From NCBI GenBank assembly GCA_947368535.1, contig CANBHY010000007.1:45580-109579 (forward strand): a stretch of 64,000 nucleotides of DNA, read 5' to 3'. The notes under the pieces were generated by a model. That model was not told the DNA's origin and made no database searches. It saw only the letters and a program-made list of their open reading frames with translations. Source of the DNA: an uncultured Clostridium sp. (GTDB taxonomy: Bacteria; Bacillota; Clostridia; TANB77; CAG-508). This document shows positions 40,715-51,456 of this stretch, one piece after another (position 1 is the stretch's first letter; each line of letters starts with the position of its first letter). The position numbers and the translations under genes are program-made.

Positions 40715-41245
40715 TTATTTCTCCTCATACAAATATTTTTTCATATATGGTCTAGAAAATTTTTCTAATATGTAAATTGATATAACATGAATTGGAATCA
40801 TTACAAGTTGTGTAACAGTTCTTCCAGCCATAATTGCTAAATATGCTTTTCCATATAACATATGAATCCATAAAGAAGTTATAAAAATATTTACTGCTAT
40901 TAATTGTATTAAACTACTTATAATAAGCATAATTAATAATCGTTTATTACTCATTTCGTTTCCTTTATTATATAAAAATAATCCATATATCAAACCTGAA
41001 ATTGCGCTACTAACTGTAAAACCTGGAAAATATGGTCCAAATGGAAATAAAATCGCTCCTATAAAATCTCCAAGCAATGCAATTACAGTACTATACACTG
41101 GTCCAAGCCAAATTGCTGACATCATCATTGGCACAAAAGTAAAGCTTATAACCAATATTTCTGTTTTTATAGAAACAAATCTATTTAATATAATAAAAAT
41201 TGCAAGAAGCATTGCGGCTAAAATGTTTTTCTTAATTTTAGACAT
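40715..41245 (-). CDS. folT: ECF transporter S component, folate family (FolT-like)
   Basis: 176-aa six-helix membrane protein immediately upstream of folC, with a THF-riboswitch-like leader. Confidence 0.65.
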   Translation of the reverse strand: MSKIKKNILAAMLLAIFIILNRFVSIKTEILVISFTFVPMMMSAIWLGPVYSTVIALLGDFIGAILFPFGPYFPGFTVSSAISGLIYGLFLYNKGNEMSNKRLLIMLIISSLIQLIAVNIFITSLWIHMLYGKAYLAIMAGRTVTQLVMIPIHVISIYILEKFSRPYMKKYLYEEK

Positions 41246-41267
41246 AAAAAATATCCCCTTTCTTTAG

Positions 41268-41400
41268 AGTTTTCGCACTACAAAGAAAGAAGACCTAATA
41301 ATCTCCTTAAATAACTTTGATAGCGGAATGCGAAAATAAATAAGCAACTTTCGTTTTGCCTCAATAACAACTTCCCGTCTATTGAGTCTTAACTATTTAT
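41268..41400 (-). ncRNA. Probable THF (tetrahydrofolate) riboswitch in the folT leader
   Basis: Minus-strand sequence AGAGUAGG…UAGUUAAGAC UCAAUAG…GGGAAG…UUAUUGAGGCAAAACGAAAG…CGCAUUCCGCUAUC matches the conserved THF riboswitch blocks AGAGUAGG / CGCGUUAAG / GGGA / ACGAA / GCAUCCGCU. The genomic context is the canonical folT one. Confidence 0.6.
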
Positions 41401-41466
41401 TTCCTACTCTATTTAAGTATTCTTATATTACTACATTTTTTTACATTTCTCAATAATATTTTAAAA

Positions 41467-41886
41467 TTATTTTATAGTTATTATCTCTATCCCATTTTGT
41501 TTTAATAATTCGGCTGTTACACCATTGCCATCAATTAAAGTATGAGTAAATGTACTATCATAAATTTTGCCACTTCCACAAGAAGGACTCCTTAGTTTCA
41601 ATAACGCTTTTTTCACATTATACTTTTTAGCTAAAAATAAACTTTCTTCTGCACCTTTTAAATATTGTTTTGTAACATCTTTTCCATCTTTAGTAATTAC
41701 CTTGTCGCCACATCTAGCAGCACCAACACGTGGAGTTGCTAGTCCCCCCATAATTTCTGGACAAATTGGAATCACTTCATAATCCTTTAAAAATTCATCA
41801 ACTTCTTTCGATGCATTATTTCCGCCATCATATTTACAATTTAATCCTAACAAACAGCTACTCACTAATATTTTCTCTCTGCTCAT
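41467..41886 (-). CDS. DUF523 family protein (TudS-like thiouracil desulfurase fold)
   Basis: N-terminal ILVSSCLLGLNCKYDGG with conserved Cys residues. 139 aa. Confidence 0.6.
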   Translation of the reverse strand: MSREKILVSSCLLGLNCKYDGGNNASKEVDEFLKDYEVIPICPEIMGGLATPRVGAARCGDKVITKDGKDVTKQYLKGAEESLFLAKKYNVKKALLKLRSPSCGSGKIYDSTFTHTLIDGNGVTAELLKQNGIEIITIK

Positions 41887-42039
41887 TTTAATCTTCTCCT
41901 ACTATTTTCATTACATTAATTTGATTGTTCTTTCTCTAGCTTCTTCCAGTTAAATAATGCTTTCAATTTTTCCTTAGTACTAACTATTACCCATATTAAT
42001 TTCAAACTTATTCCATGATTTAAAATATTCTTTTATCTA

Positions 42040-42741
42040 TTAATCTTCCCTCTCTATTTTCTCTTTCCTTACTATTATTGAAAACTGATTTGCATCAGCT
42101 ACTTTGCCTTTTACCTTAGAAGAATTATATAATGGATTATCAATAATTTCTAGTACAGTATAATCTTTATTTTTAAAGTACTCTATAAAAAATTCTTTCT
42201 TATATCTGTTAAAATATGTTTTATATTTGGGATTAAATGGTTCATCTTCAAACACCTCTTTTTCATCTTTAATCCATTCCATTACATTAATAACAAGTAA
42301 ACCATTATTCTTTATAATTTCATCAAATTTATCTAATACTTTTATACATTCTTCATCATTTAAATGAATTAATACTGCAAAACATATTATTGCATCAAAT
42401 GTTTTTTCAGGAAATTCTAATCTTCTAATATCCATTACTTCAAACTTTGCTTTAGGTGCATTTTTCTTTGCCTCTTCTATCATATTTTTAGAAGAATCTA
42501 TTCCTATAACATCAAAATTATTCTCACACTTTTCTGTTAAATACTTAGGATAATCTCCAATAGCACATCCAACATCCAAAATCTTTGCATTATCAGCTAA
42601 GTTAGAACATATGTAATCTATCTCTTTTTGAAACTGTACTTTCCCCTTTAAATCCTTTGTTTTAAAATATGCAACATACTCGTCAACAATACTATCATAA
42701 GTTTCTACAGTTATATCTGTTTTGTTAATAGACTTTTTCAT
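42040..42741 (-). CDS. Class I SAM-dependent methyltransferase
   Basis: Motif I ILDVGCAIGDY. Confidence 0.75.
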   Translation of the reverse strand: MKKSINKTDITVETYDSIVDEYVAYFKTKDLKGKVQFQKEIDYICSNLADNAKILDVGCAIGDYPKYLTEKCENNFDVIGIDSSKNMIEEAKKNAPKAKFEVMDIRRLEFPEKTFDAIICFAVLIHLNDEECIKVLDKFDEIIKNNGLLVINVMEWIKDEKEVFEDEPFNPKYKTYFNRYKKEFFIEYFKNKDYTVLEIIDNPLYNSSKVKGKVADANQFSIIVRKEKIERED

Positions 42742-42757
42742 AATTCTATTCTCCTAT

Positions 42758-43645
42758 TTAAAATTGACTTGCTAATTTATCTATTAAAACCCCATTGCCA
42801 GTTTCTGCCCAATCTATTTGTATGCTATCAAAACCTTCATGTTTAAACTCATTTAATTTTTTAATATCTTCTTTATCTATTGTAAAATCTAATGCTTCTA
42901 AGTTGCTACTTATATTATCTATACTTGTGGATTTTATTAATGCCATAACACCTTTTTCTTTAACTAACCAATTTAATAATATTTGATTTTGTGTTTTATT
43001 ATATTTATTTGCAATTTCTACTAAGAAGGGATAATTTACCTCTGCTATTTTATTTCTTCTTAAAGCCTGATAACAAATAAATTTGATATTATTTTCTTTA
43101 CAATATTTTATAATCCCAATATTTTCATTTACCTTACACTCTAAATTATAAACACCTTCAAAACTATAAACTCCATACTTTTCATGTATTTGTTTCAATT
43201 CTTCTAAATTAGAATTACTTACAGAAATATGTCTAACTTTTCCTTTATCAACTAATTTTTTTACTTCTCCATAAGTCTCATCTAATGGTATTTTAGATAC
43301 ATAAGACGCATGAACTTGAACTGCATCTACATAGTCTATACCCATTTTATCTAAATACTTATTAACTTGCATCTCAACATCTTTAAGTTTTTCTATATAT
43401 TTTTCTAAGTGAACCATTAGAAAAATTTTACTTCTATCTACTCTACTAAAAAATTCTTTTAAAAACTCAACAACTTTCTCGTTATCATAAACAAGTGCTG
43501 TACTCATAAAATTTTGTCCTTTTTCTACTGAATATAACAATCCTTTTAATGTCTTTTCTTTCTCCTCTAAATTTAGTTTATAAGTTCCAATTCCTATTGG
43601 AAAAAATGATTCCTTTTCTATCATTTTCATATCCTTTCTTTTCAT
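42758..43645 (-). CDS. Aldo/keto reductase
   Basis: 295-aa AKR-like (alpha/beta)8 pattern. The YD…K…H catalytic tetrad context is preserved. Confidence 0.7.
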   Translation of the reverse strand: MKRKDMKMIEKESFFPIGIGTYKLNLEEKEKTLKGLLYSVEKGQNFMSTALVYDNEKVVEFLKEFFSRVDRSKIFLMVHLEKYIEKLKDVEMQVNKYLDKMGIDYVDAVQVHASYVSKIPLDETYGEVKKLVDKGKVRHISVSNSNLEELKQIHEKYGVYSFEGVYNLECKVNENIGIIKYCKENNIKFICYQALRRNKIAEVNYPFLVEIANKYNKTQNQILLNWLVKEKGVMALIKSTSIDNISSNLEALDFTIDKEDIKKLNEFKHEGFDSIQIDWAETGNGVLIDKLASQF

Positions 43646-43672
43646 ATACTTTTATGCAATACTGTAACACAT

Positions 43673-45001
43673 TCAATATGTCCGAGTAAACGGAAACATA
43701 TCAACAGGTGTAACCTCTTTTAGCTCGTACATATTTGAAAACATTTTCAAATCACGACTTAAAGTTGCAGGATTGCAACTAACATACACAATTTTTTCAG
43801 GTGCAATCTTCAGTATAGTTTCAATAGCTACATTATCACAACCTTTTCTAGGTGGATCAATAAAAATTACATCTGGTTTTATATTATTTTTTTCTATAAA
43901 TTCTGGTAAAGCTTTTTCAACATCACCAGCAAAAAATTCACTATTTTCTATATTATTTAAACTGGCATTTTTCTTAGCATCCTCAATAGCTTCATGTACT
44001 GTTTCAATTCCATATAATTTCTTAATTTTATTAGAAGCACAAATTCCTATAGTTCCAATTCCACAATACAAGTCAAAAATAGTTTCATCACCTTTTAAAT
44101 CAGCAAGTTCGATTGCCTTTGAATATAACTTTTCAGTTTGAACAGGATTTACTTGATAAAAAGACATTGGTGATATATTAAATTTAAAACCTAAAATATC
44201 ATCTTTAATATATCCATCACCATATAAAACAATATTTTTCTTTCCTAAAATTACATTAGTATTTTGGGAATTTACATTTTTTACAATAGTTTTAACATCT
44301 TTAAAATTCTCAGTAATATATTCTACTAATCCACTTTCAAATTTTATTTTCTCTTCATTTGAAACAATTGTAACCATTACTTCTTTAGTTTTAATTCCAA
44401 TTCTTAAAACTAAATGACGTATCTGTCCACTTCTATTTTGTTCATCATAAACAGGTATTTTATTTTCTTTAATAAATTTAAAAATACCATTCGCTATTTC
44501 TTGAAGTCTTTTATTTTGAATCATACATTCTCTAGTTTCAATTACTCTATGAGATCTTGATGCAAATACCCCCATAATAGGTTTTCCTTCATTATCTAAG
44601 CCTAAAGGATATTGTAACTTATTTCTATAAAAATATGGATTTTCCATTCTTATAGTATCATTAACTTTAACATCAATTCCTTGCTTTTTTAATGTAGACT
44701 CAACTGCACTTTTTTTAATCTCCAATGTCTTTTCATATTGAATATGTCTCATTGCACATCCACCGCATTTGCTATATGTATCACAATCCACATTCGCACG
44801 ATATTCTGACTCTTCTATAATTGCTTCTATCTTAGCAAAAGCATGAGAAGAAAGAACCTTCAAAATCTTTATTTTTACTTTTTCACCTTTTATTGCATTT
44901 GGAATAAAAATAGTAAATCCATCAATTTTAGCAATGCCTTCTCCCTCATAACCATTATCTATTATATCTACTTCATAAATTTCATTTTTCTTTATTTTCA
45001 T
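43673..45001 (-). CDS. rlmD: 23S rRNA (uracil-C5)-methyltransferase RlmD/RumA family (TRAM + MTase)
   Basis: N-terminal TRAM domain, Fe-S Cys cluster (C…CGGC…C), SAM motif DLYCGIGT. Confidence 0.85.
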   Translation of the reverse strand: MKIKKNEIYEVDIIDNGYEGEGIAKIDGFTIFIPNAIKGEKVKIKILKVLSSHAFAKIEAIIEESEYRANVDCDTYSKCGGCAMRHIQYEKTLEIKKSAVESTLKKQGIDVKVNDTIRMENPYFYRNKLQYPLGLDNEGKPIMGVFASRSHRVIETRECMIQNKRLQEIANGIFKFIKENKIPVYDEQNRSGQIRHLVLRIGIKTKEVMVTIVSNEEKIKFESGLVEYITENFKDVKTIVKNVNSQNTNVILGKKNIVLYGDGYIKDDILGFKFNISPMSFYQVNPVQTEKLYSKAIELADLKGDETIFDLYCGIGTIGICASNKIKKLYGIETVHEAIEDAKKNASLNNIENSEFFAGDVEKALPEFIEKNNIKPDVIFIDPPRKGCDNVAIETILKIAPEKIVYVSCNPATLSRDLKMFSNMYELKEVTPVDMFPFTRTY

Positions 45002-45115
45002 ATTAACATTCTTTCCCTTGAAAATTCCTATTAATTCTATCAGAAAACACTAATATTCTCAAGTATTTAAGCAAACAAAAGATGTACCATTATTTTAAGG
45101 TACATCTTTTTAATT

Positions 45116-46594
45116 TTATAAAATTATGCAAATTAATCCACCGCTTCCTTCATTAACAATTCTTTGAAGCGTTTCTTGAATCTTAACTTGAGCATCTTCA
45201 GGCATTCTAGCTAATTTATTTTGTAAACCTTCATTAACTAAATCATGAACACTCTTTCCAAAAATATTTGAATCCCAAATTTTCTTTTTATCTCCTTCAA
45301 ATTCAGAAAGTAAATAATTAACTAATTCTTCTGATTGTTTCTCACTACCAACAATTGGAGCAATTTCAGTTTCTGTATTAATCTGAATCATATGAAGTGA
45401 TGGTGCTTTTGCTTTTAATCTAACACCAAATTTTGATCCTTGTTTAATAATTTCTGGTTCTTCTAATATTAAGTCATCAACAGTAGGATTAACTATTCCA
45501 TAGCCTTTTTCTCTTACTTCGTGAAGTGCATATTGAAGTTTGTCATATTCTCTTTTTATTTTTGAAAACTCAGTAATTTTAGCAAATAGTTTTCCCTCAT
45601 TAGTAATCTCTTCTCCTGTAATTTCAGTAAGAACTTGATAAAATAATTCTTCCTTTAATGAAATATTTATATCTACATTTCCTGTTCCTAAATCAATTTT
45701 TTCAATATCTGTTCTAGTAATAATTTCAGTTTGTTGTAATTTTTTCACATCAGTGCTCACATCTTTTAATTTTACTGTATTACAAAATGCATCTTTTATT
45801 TCCTCATGTAATTCATTTTTTATATTATTAGTATCTTGTAATCCTTCTATCCATCTTGGAAATTTAATATTAATTTGCTCAATTGGAAATTCAAATAAAA
45901 TTTTAGAAAAAATATTATTAATATTATCTAATGATAAATCTTTACAGCTTAAAGGAACAACTGCTGTATTATATTTTTCTTCTAGCTCATCTCTCAATTT
46001 TAAACAATCTTCACTATCTGGATTTTCAGAATTTAAAACAATAACAAAAGGTTTTCCTTTAGCTGAAAGTTCATTTGCAACCCTTTCTTCTGGATTTACA
46101 TAATCTTCTCTTGGAATGCCTGTAATTGAACCATCAGTTGTAATTAAAATAGCAATACTAGAATGTTCCTCAATAACTTTTTTAGTTCCTATTTCTGCCG
46201 CTTTTTCAAAAGGCATCTCTTCATCAGCCCATGGTGTTTTAACCATTCTAGGCATATCATCTTCTAAATAACCAATTGCATTATTAACTAAATAGCCAAC
46301 ACAATCAACCATACGTGCTTTTAATTTTAAATTATCTTCTAATGTAATTTCAACAGCCTCATTTGGAATAAATTTTGGCTCTGTTGTCATTATTGTTTTT
46401 CCACCTGCACTTTGAGGAAGCTCATCTATTGCTCTCTCTTTTTTAAATTCATTATCAATATTAGGTAAAACTAATAACTCCATAAACTTTTTAATAAATG
46501 TAGATTTACCTGTTCTAACGGGACCAACTACTCCTACATATATATCCCCATCAGTTCTACTTGCAATATCCTTATATATATTCAAATTTTCCAT
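45116..46594 (-). CDS. spoIVA: Stage IV sporulation protein A (spore coat morphogenetic ATPase)
   Basis: N-terminus MENLNIYKDIASRTDGDIYVGVVGPVRTGKSTFIKKFME is the hallmark SpoIVA Walker A region. 492 aa. Confidence 0.95.
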   Translation of the reverse strand: MENLNIYKDIASRTDGDIYVGVVGPVRTGKSTFIKKFMELLVLPNIDNEFKKERAIDELPQSAGGKTIMTTEPKFIPNEAVEITLEDNLKLKARMVDCVGYLVNNAIGYLEDDMPRMVKTPWADEEMPFEKAAEIGTKKVIEEHSSIAILITTDGSITGIPREDYVNPEERVANELSAKGKPFVIVLNSENPDSEDCLKLRDELEEKYNTAVVPLSCKDLSLDNINNIFSKILFEFPIEQINIKFPRWIEGLQDTNNIKNELHEEIKDAFCNTVKLKDVSTDVKKLQQTEIITRTDIEKIDLGTGNVDINISLKEELFYQVLTEITGEEITNEGKLFAKITEFSKIKREYDKLQYALHEVREKGYGIVNPTVDDLILEEPEIIKQGSKFGVRLKAKAPSLHMIQINTETEIAPIVGSEKQSEELVNYLLSEFEGDKKKIWDSNIFGKSVHDLVNEGLQNKLARMPEDAQVKIQETLQRIVNEGSGGLICIIL

Positions 46595-46743
46595 AATACC
46601 CTCCTAAATCATCTAATGGACTACTACTTTTAATTAATGTATATTTACAAAGTTAAAATTTATTACTTAATTTTCAAAAATATGGATTATTATAAAAAAA
46701 TTGTAAATACTAATTCTAAAATATAAAAATGAAGGAGATATAA

Positions 46744-48414
46744 ATGTCAGTAAATAAATTCGTTAAAGATCTATTGTCTTTTAAACTAGATACTTCTCAT
46801 ACATTTAATATTCCTAATAGCAATAATAATTCTAACCCTAAAAATAAACCTAAACATGAAACTCTTACAAAATCCTTAACAGAAAATCTCGAAATTTTTA
46901 GTAAATTATATTCACAAAAAATAAACAGCGATATATGTACAAGAAAATTCATATTAAACAGCCAAGGAAAACAATATAATGCTAGTTTAATTTTTATAGA
47001 TGGACTAATTAATTCTGATTTAATTAACAGATTTCTTTTAACACCACTTATGCACAAAAATTCAACTAATAGTGAAAACTTAGAAAACAATCTTACTACT
47101 AATCAAGAAGGATTAAATTATAGAACAACTAAAAAAATAAACTTAGAACAAGCTATTTTTGAATCTTTAGTTACACAAAACTCTTTATCTACTGAAAATG
47201 AAATATCTGAAATATTGAATAAAATTAATGGTGGATTTACTTGCCTTTTAGTAGATACATTAGATGTTGCTTTTTGTGTTGAGGCTAAAGGATTTCAAAC
47301 TAGAAGTATAACCAAACCAGAAAATGAAATCGTTGTACGTGGTCCACAAGAAGCTTTTATAGAAAACATTCGTGTAAATACTTCTATAATAAGAAGAGCT
47401 GTAAATAATGAAAACCTAGTAATCGAACAACTTCAAATTGGTAATATAACAAAAACTGCTGTAGCTTTCTGCTATATGAAAAACATAGCTAATGAAAATT
47501 TAGTAAATGAAGTAAGATTTCGATTAAATAATGTTGATATAGATTCATTATTAAGTTCTGGTGTATTAGAACAATTAATTCAAGACAATAGTCATGTTCT
47601 ATATCCTCAAATGTTTGCTACCGAAAGAGCTGACAGAGCTTGTAATAATATCTTACAAGGAAGAGTTGTAATACTAGTCAATGGCAGTCCTTACGCTCTT
47701 ATTGCACCAGCTGTACTAGTTGATTTTCTTTCTTCTCCTGAAGATAACAATATACAATATCAATATGGAAATCTTGCTAGAATAATACGTTGCCTTGCAT
47801 TCTTTGTAGCTATGTTTTTACCATCATTTTATATTGCAATTACTAATTTTCATCAAGAACTCTTACCTACTGATATCGTATTTGCAATAGCATCAATGAG
47901 AAGGTCTATTCCTTTCCCTATTATATTTGAATTATTAATAATGGAAGTTTCTTTTGAATTAATTCGTGAAGCAAGCTTACGTGTTCCTTCTCCAATTGGT
48001 GCTACTATAGGTATAATAGGTGGCTTAATTCTTGGTGAAGCGGCTGTATCCGCAAACCTAGTCAGTCCACTATTAATTATTATTGTTGCTATGACTGGTA
48101 TTTGCTCTTATGCTATCCCAGACTTTTCTCTAAATTTTACTATACGTTGTTTTAGATTTATTTATCTAATTTTAGGATATACAGCAGGTTTTTTAGGAAT
48201 CAGTTTAGGTATATTTATACAACTTATTCTCCTTTCTAATTTGCAATCTTTTGGAGTATCTTATTTCTCTCCATATATTCCTATAGGCAACAAAAATGCA
48301 GATTTATCATTCTTAATGAAACCTGTATGGCAACGTGAAAAAAGGAGTTCCTTCTTAAATACTAAAAGACCAAGACAAGAAAAAAGAATAAGTATGAAGT
48401 GGAAAAAAAGATAA
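46744..48414 (+). CDS. Spore germination protein, GerA-family A subunit
   Basis: 556 aa with GerAA/GerKA-type N-terminal soluble domain and C-terminal TM helices. Confidence 0.9.
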   Translation: MSVNKFVKDLLSFKLDTSHTFNIPNSNNNSNPKNKPKHETLTKSLTENLEIFSKLYSQKINSDICTRKFILNSQGKQYNASLIFIDGLINSDLINRFLLTPLMHKNSTNSENLENNLTTNQEGLNYRTTKKINLEQAIFESLVTQNSLSTENEISEILNKINGGFTCLLVDTLDVAFCVEAKGFQTRSITKPENEIVVRGPQEAFIENIRVNTSIIRRAVNNENLVIEQLQIGNITKTAVAFCYMKNIANENLVNEVRFRLNNVDIDSLLSSGVLEQLIQDNSHVLYPQMFATERADRACNNILQGRVVILVNGSPYALIAPAVLVDFLSSPEDNNIQYQYGNLARIIRCLAFFVAMFLPSFYIAITNFHQELLPTDIVFAIASMRRSIPFPIIFELLIMEVSFELIREASLRVPSPIGATIGIIGGLILGEAAVSANLVSPLLIIIVAMTGICSYAIPDFSLNFTIRCFRFIYLILGYTAGFLGISLGIFIQLILLSNLQSFGVSYFSPYIPIGNKNADLSFLMKPVWQREKRSSFLNTKRPRQEKRISMKWKKR

Positions 48415-48426
48415 AGGAGTTTTAAA

Positions 48427-49512
48427 ATGAATTTCAAAATTGGAAAATTCCAAGCCATATCTTTAATTTTAATAGTTATGGTAAATAAAATTTTATTAAA
48501 TCTTCCAAAAGAAGTAATTAAACAATCAAAAACTGGTGCTCCAGTTACAATTATATATGTTGGTATCATAGCAATACTAATCGCATTATTAATAAGTTTC
48601 CTATTTAAAAAATTTCCTGATGAAGATATTATAGATATTTCAGAATTTGTTGGAAACAAACCTCTTCAGATATTAATTGGATTAATATTCATCGTGTTAT
48701 TTTCAACTATTATAATAACTGTAATATATGAATTTACTAACCTTTTACAAGTAATTTATTTTCCAACAACACCTGTATATTTGCTCCTATTAGCATTCTT
48801 TATATGTATGGCAGTTGCTAATCATGTTGGATTTAAATCTATTTTAAAAAGTAATAGTATTGTAGTAATTCTTATGTTATTAAGCTTAATCGTTATATTT
48901 TTTGGTACAGTAAAAAATTTAGAAATTGCAAGAATTTATCCTATTTTAGGAACTAATATATCTAATACCTTTTTAAAAGGAACTGAAAATCTTTTTGCTT
49001 ATAGTGCTCTACTTTATTTATTCTTCTTATCTCCTCTTCTAAAAAATAAAAAAGATTTTAAAAAGATAGCATTAATATCAACTTTAATTACTGGCTTATT
49101 CTTACTATTTACTACCACAACGTTATTAACAATTTTTCCTTTTATTACTCACAGTGAAGAAGTTTTATCTATGTATTTATTAACAAGATGTATAGAATTT
49201 GGTGACTTTTTGCAAAGAACAGATGCTGCATTTATATTACTATGGATTATATCTGCATTTTCATATTTAAGTGTTTCATTAAACTTTATAAATCATATTT
49301 TTGGAAAATTAACCAATTGTACAACCTCAAATAGCTATTCATATTCTTTTCTAGGAATTCTTTTTGGATTACTAATACTTTTTCAAAATCAGTCATTTTT
49401 CAAATTCTTAGAAACTACTTTTTATAAATATTATATTTGGGGAACTCTTATCTTAAGCTTATTAATTTTAATTATAGGAAACTTTAAAAGAAAGGAAACA
49501 CAGTCTAGATGA
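48427..49512 (+). CDS. Spore germination protein, GerA-family B subunit (APC-type permease)
   Basis: 361-aa ~10-TM protein immediately downstream of the A subunit. Confidence 0.85.
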   Translation: MNFKIGKFQAISLILIVMVNKILLNLPKEVIKQSKTGAPVTIIYVGIIAILIALLISFLFKKFPDEDIIDISEFVGNKPLQILIGLIFIVLFSTIIITVIYEFTNLLQVIYFPTTPVYLLLLAFFICMAVANHVGFKSILKSNSIVVILMLLSLIVIFFGTVKNLEIARIYPILGTNISNTFLKGTENLFAYSALLYLFFLSPLLKNKKDFKKIALISTLITGLFLLFTTTTLLTIFPFITHSEEVLSMYLLTRCIEFGDFLQRTDAAFILLWIISAFSYLSVSLNFINHIFGKLTNCTTSNSYSYSFLGILFGLLILFQNQSFFKFLETTFYKYYIWGTLILSLLILIIGNFKRKETQSR

Positions 49513-50642
49513 AAACAAAACTACTTGTAATAACATGTATTTTAAGTTTATTTATTGCCTTTACTAATTCATATGATGCTAGAGAAACTGAAGAATTATC
49601 TTATGCCATAGCAATTGGATTAGATATATCCGACTCTCCTGATGAACCTTTAGCTCTAACATTGCAAATTGCTAAACCTGATTCATCTGACGGATCTGGA
49701 ACCAAAATTACAACAGAATCCAAAACTGTAACTTGTAATTCTTTTAGTTTAGGAATGGCAATGTTAAATTTAGAAAATATTAATGAAATAAATTTATCGC
49801 ATTGCACTGCAATAATAATATCTGAAGAACTTGCCAAACAAGGCATTGAAGATTTTATAAATACTTTAGCCAATGATGTTGAAATCAGACCAACATGTAA
49901 TATATTAATAAGTGAAAGCAAAGCATCTGAATTATTAGAAAAAGCATCTTCAATAGAAGATATATCTGCTAAATTTTATAATTCATTTATAAACTCAGCT
50001 AAAATCACTTCATATGTAACCACATGTCCTTTAACAGATTTTTATTCTAGTCTACATGGAGACATAAAAGCACCAACAGCTATTTATACCTTTACCAAAG
50101 GCGATACTATTGAAAGTATTGGACTAGCTGTATTTAAAGATTATAAAATGGTAGGAAAATTGTCAGGATTAGATACATTTTGTTTTAATATATTAACAAA
50201 TGAATTCCAAGAAGCTACAATTGAAGTATATAACCCAGAAGATCCTGATATTCCATTAAGTATAAGTTTATCAAATTCCAAAGATAAAACCAAAACAAAA
50301 GTAACTTTAGAAAACGGTATTCCTAAAATAACTTGTGAAATATCTTTAAAATCTAGTATTTTATCTGCCAATGAAAATTATGACTATTCTTCTGAAAATG
50401 CTAAACGTGAAGTCGAAGCAGAAATCAATAAATTTATCAAAGACTCTTGTACAGACTTTTTAAATAGAACATCAAAGGAATATCAAAGCGACATCATAGG
50501 ATTTCAAGGACAATTTAATAAAAACTATTTAACTCAAGACGAATTAGACAAACATAACTGGAATGAATTATACCCTAAAGCTGAATTTGAAATTAAACCA
50601 ACAAATTACCTAATAACAGGATTTTTATTTTCAAAAGACTGA
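49509..50642 (+). CDS. Spore germination Ger(x)C-family lipoprotein
   Basis: Signal plus a lipobox-like N-terminus (…SLFIAFTNSYD). 377 aa. Overlaps the B subunit by 4 nt. Confidence 0.85.
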   Translation: MKTKLLVITCILSLFIAFTNSYDARETEELSYAIAIGLDISDSPDEPLALTLQIAKPDSSDGSGTKITTESKTVTCNSFSLGMAMLNLENINEINLSHCTAIIISEELAKQGIEDFINTLANDVEIRPTCNILISESKASELLEKASSIEDISAKFYNSFINSAKITSYVTTCPLTDFYSSLHGDIKAPTAIYTFTKGDTIESIGLAVFKDYKMVGKLSGLDTFCFNILTNEFQEATIEVYNPEDPDIPLSISLSNSKDKTKTKVTLENGIPKITCEISLKSSILSANENYDYSSENAKREVEAEINKFIKDSCTDFLNRTSKEYQSDIIGFQGQFNKNYLTQDELDKHNWNELYPKAEFEIKPTNYLITGFLFSKD

Positions 50643-50651
50643 GACTATTAA

Positions 50652-50720
50652 AACTGAGACTGTTAAAGCTCTGCTTGTTACAGTCTCAGTTGTTCAATCG
50701 AGATTGAACTTCTTATATTA
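50652..50720 (+). terminator. Tandem hairpins terminating the ger operon
   Basis: aactgagactgtt…aacagtctcagtt followed by gttcaatc gag attgaac and a T-rich tract. Confidence 0.5.
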
Positions 50721-50921
50721 AAAAAAGATTTTTTACCTATATTTAAAGGAGATTTTTTTATGAGACTGGTAATTATATTATTTTGCATATATGGATTTTT
50801 AGAATCATCATCATATGCTATTTATGAATACAAACAAAATAAAGCAGGAGCAATATGCACTATAATACTTTCAACACTCCGGGCTTGTGTTACCCATATT
50901 TGCTATATTTATTTAACGTTA

Positions 50922-50958
50922 TACTATAACAAAAGACGTAGAAAATATTTCTACGTCT
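50922..50958 (-). terminator. Intrinsic terminator of cdd
   Basis: Perfect palindrome agacgtagaaaatattttctacgtct. Confidence 0.6.
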
Positions 50959-50972
50959 CCCTTTATAACAAA

Positions 50973-51350
50973 TTAAAATTTAAAAGCTTCAGGTAATAAT
51001 TGATTAATTGTAAAACACTCTAATTTATTGTCATAATAATTATAAACTTTAAAATCGCTATTTACAAATTCAGACATAAATTGCCTGCAATAACCGCATG
51101 GCAAGCATTTTTCTGGTTCATCTCCTGGATTTCCACCAACAACTACTATATAATCGAAATCATATTCTCCTTCTGAAATCGCTTTAAGAAAAGCAACTCT
51201 TTCTGCGCAAATAGACTGAATTCCCTGATTATCAACATTACAGCCAGTATATATTTTTCCACTCTTCATTTTTAAAGCTACACCAACTTTATATATTTTG
51301 CAATGAGCATTATCTCTAGCTTTTAACGCTAATTTTATCTCTTCTTCCAT
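50973..51350 (-). CDS. cdd: Cytidine deaminase
   Basis: Zinc-ligand motifs CAERVAF and PCGYCRQ. 125 aa. Confidence 0.9.
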   Translation of the reverse strand: MEEEIKLALKARDNAHCKIYKVGVALKMKSGKIYTGCNVDNQGIQSICAERVAFLKAISEGEYDFDYIVVVGGNPGDEPEKCLPCGYCRQFMSEFVNSDFKVYNYYDNKLECFTINQLLPEAFKF

Positions 51351-51456
51351 ACTAAACTCTCCCTATACTATTTTACATTAGTATATTCTAAAAAAATATT
51401 TTAATCTAGTAATTTAAAACAAAAAATACATTATGCTTAGCATAATGTATTTTTTT

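Noticed and set aside
50760-50996. Plus-strand 78-aa ORF overlapping the 3' end of cdd
   Set aside because: It has no RBS, odd composition, and overlaps the cdd terminator palindrome. It is probably non-coding.
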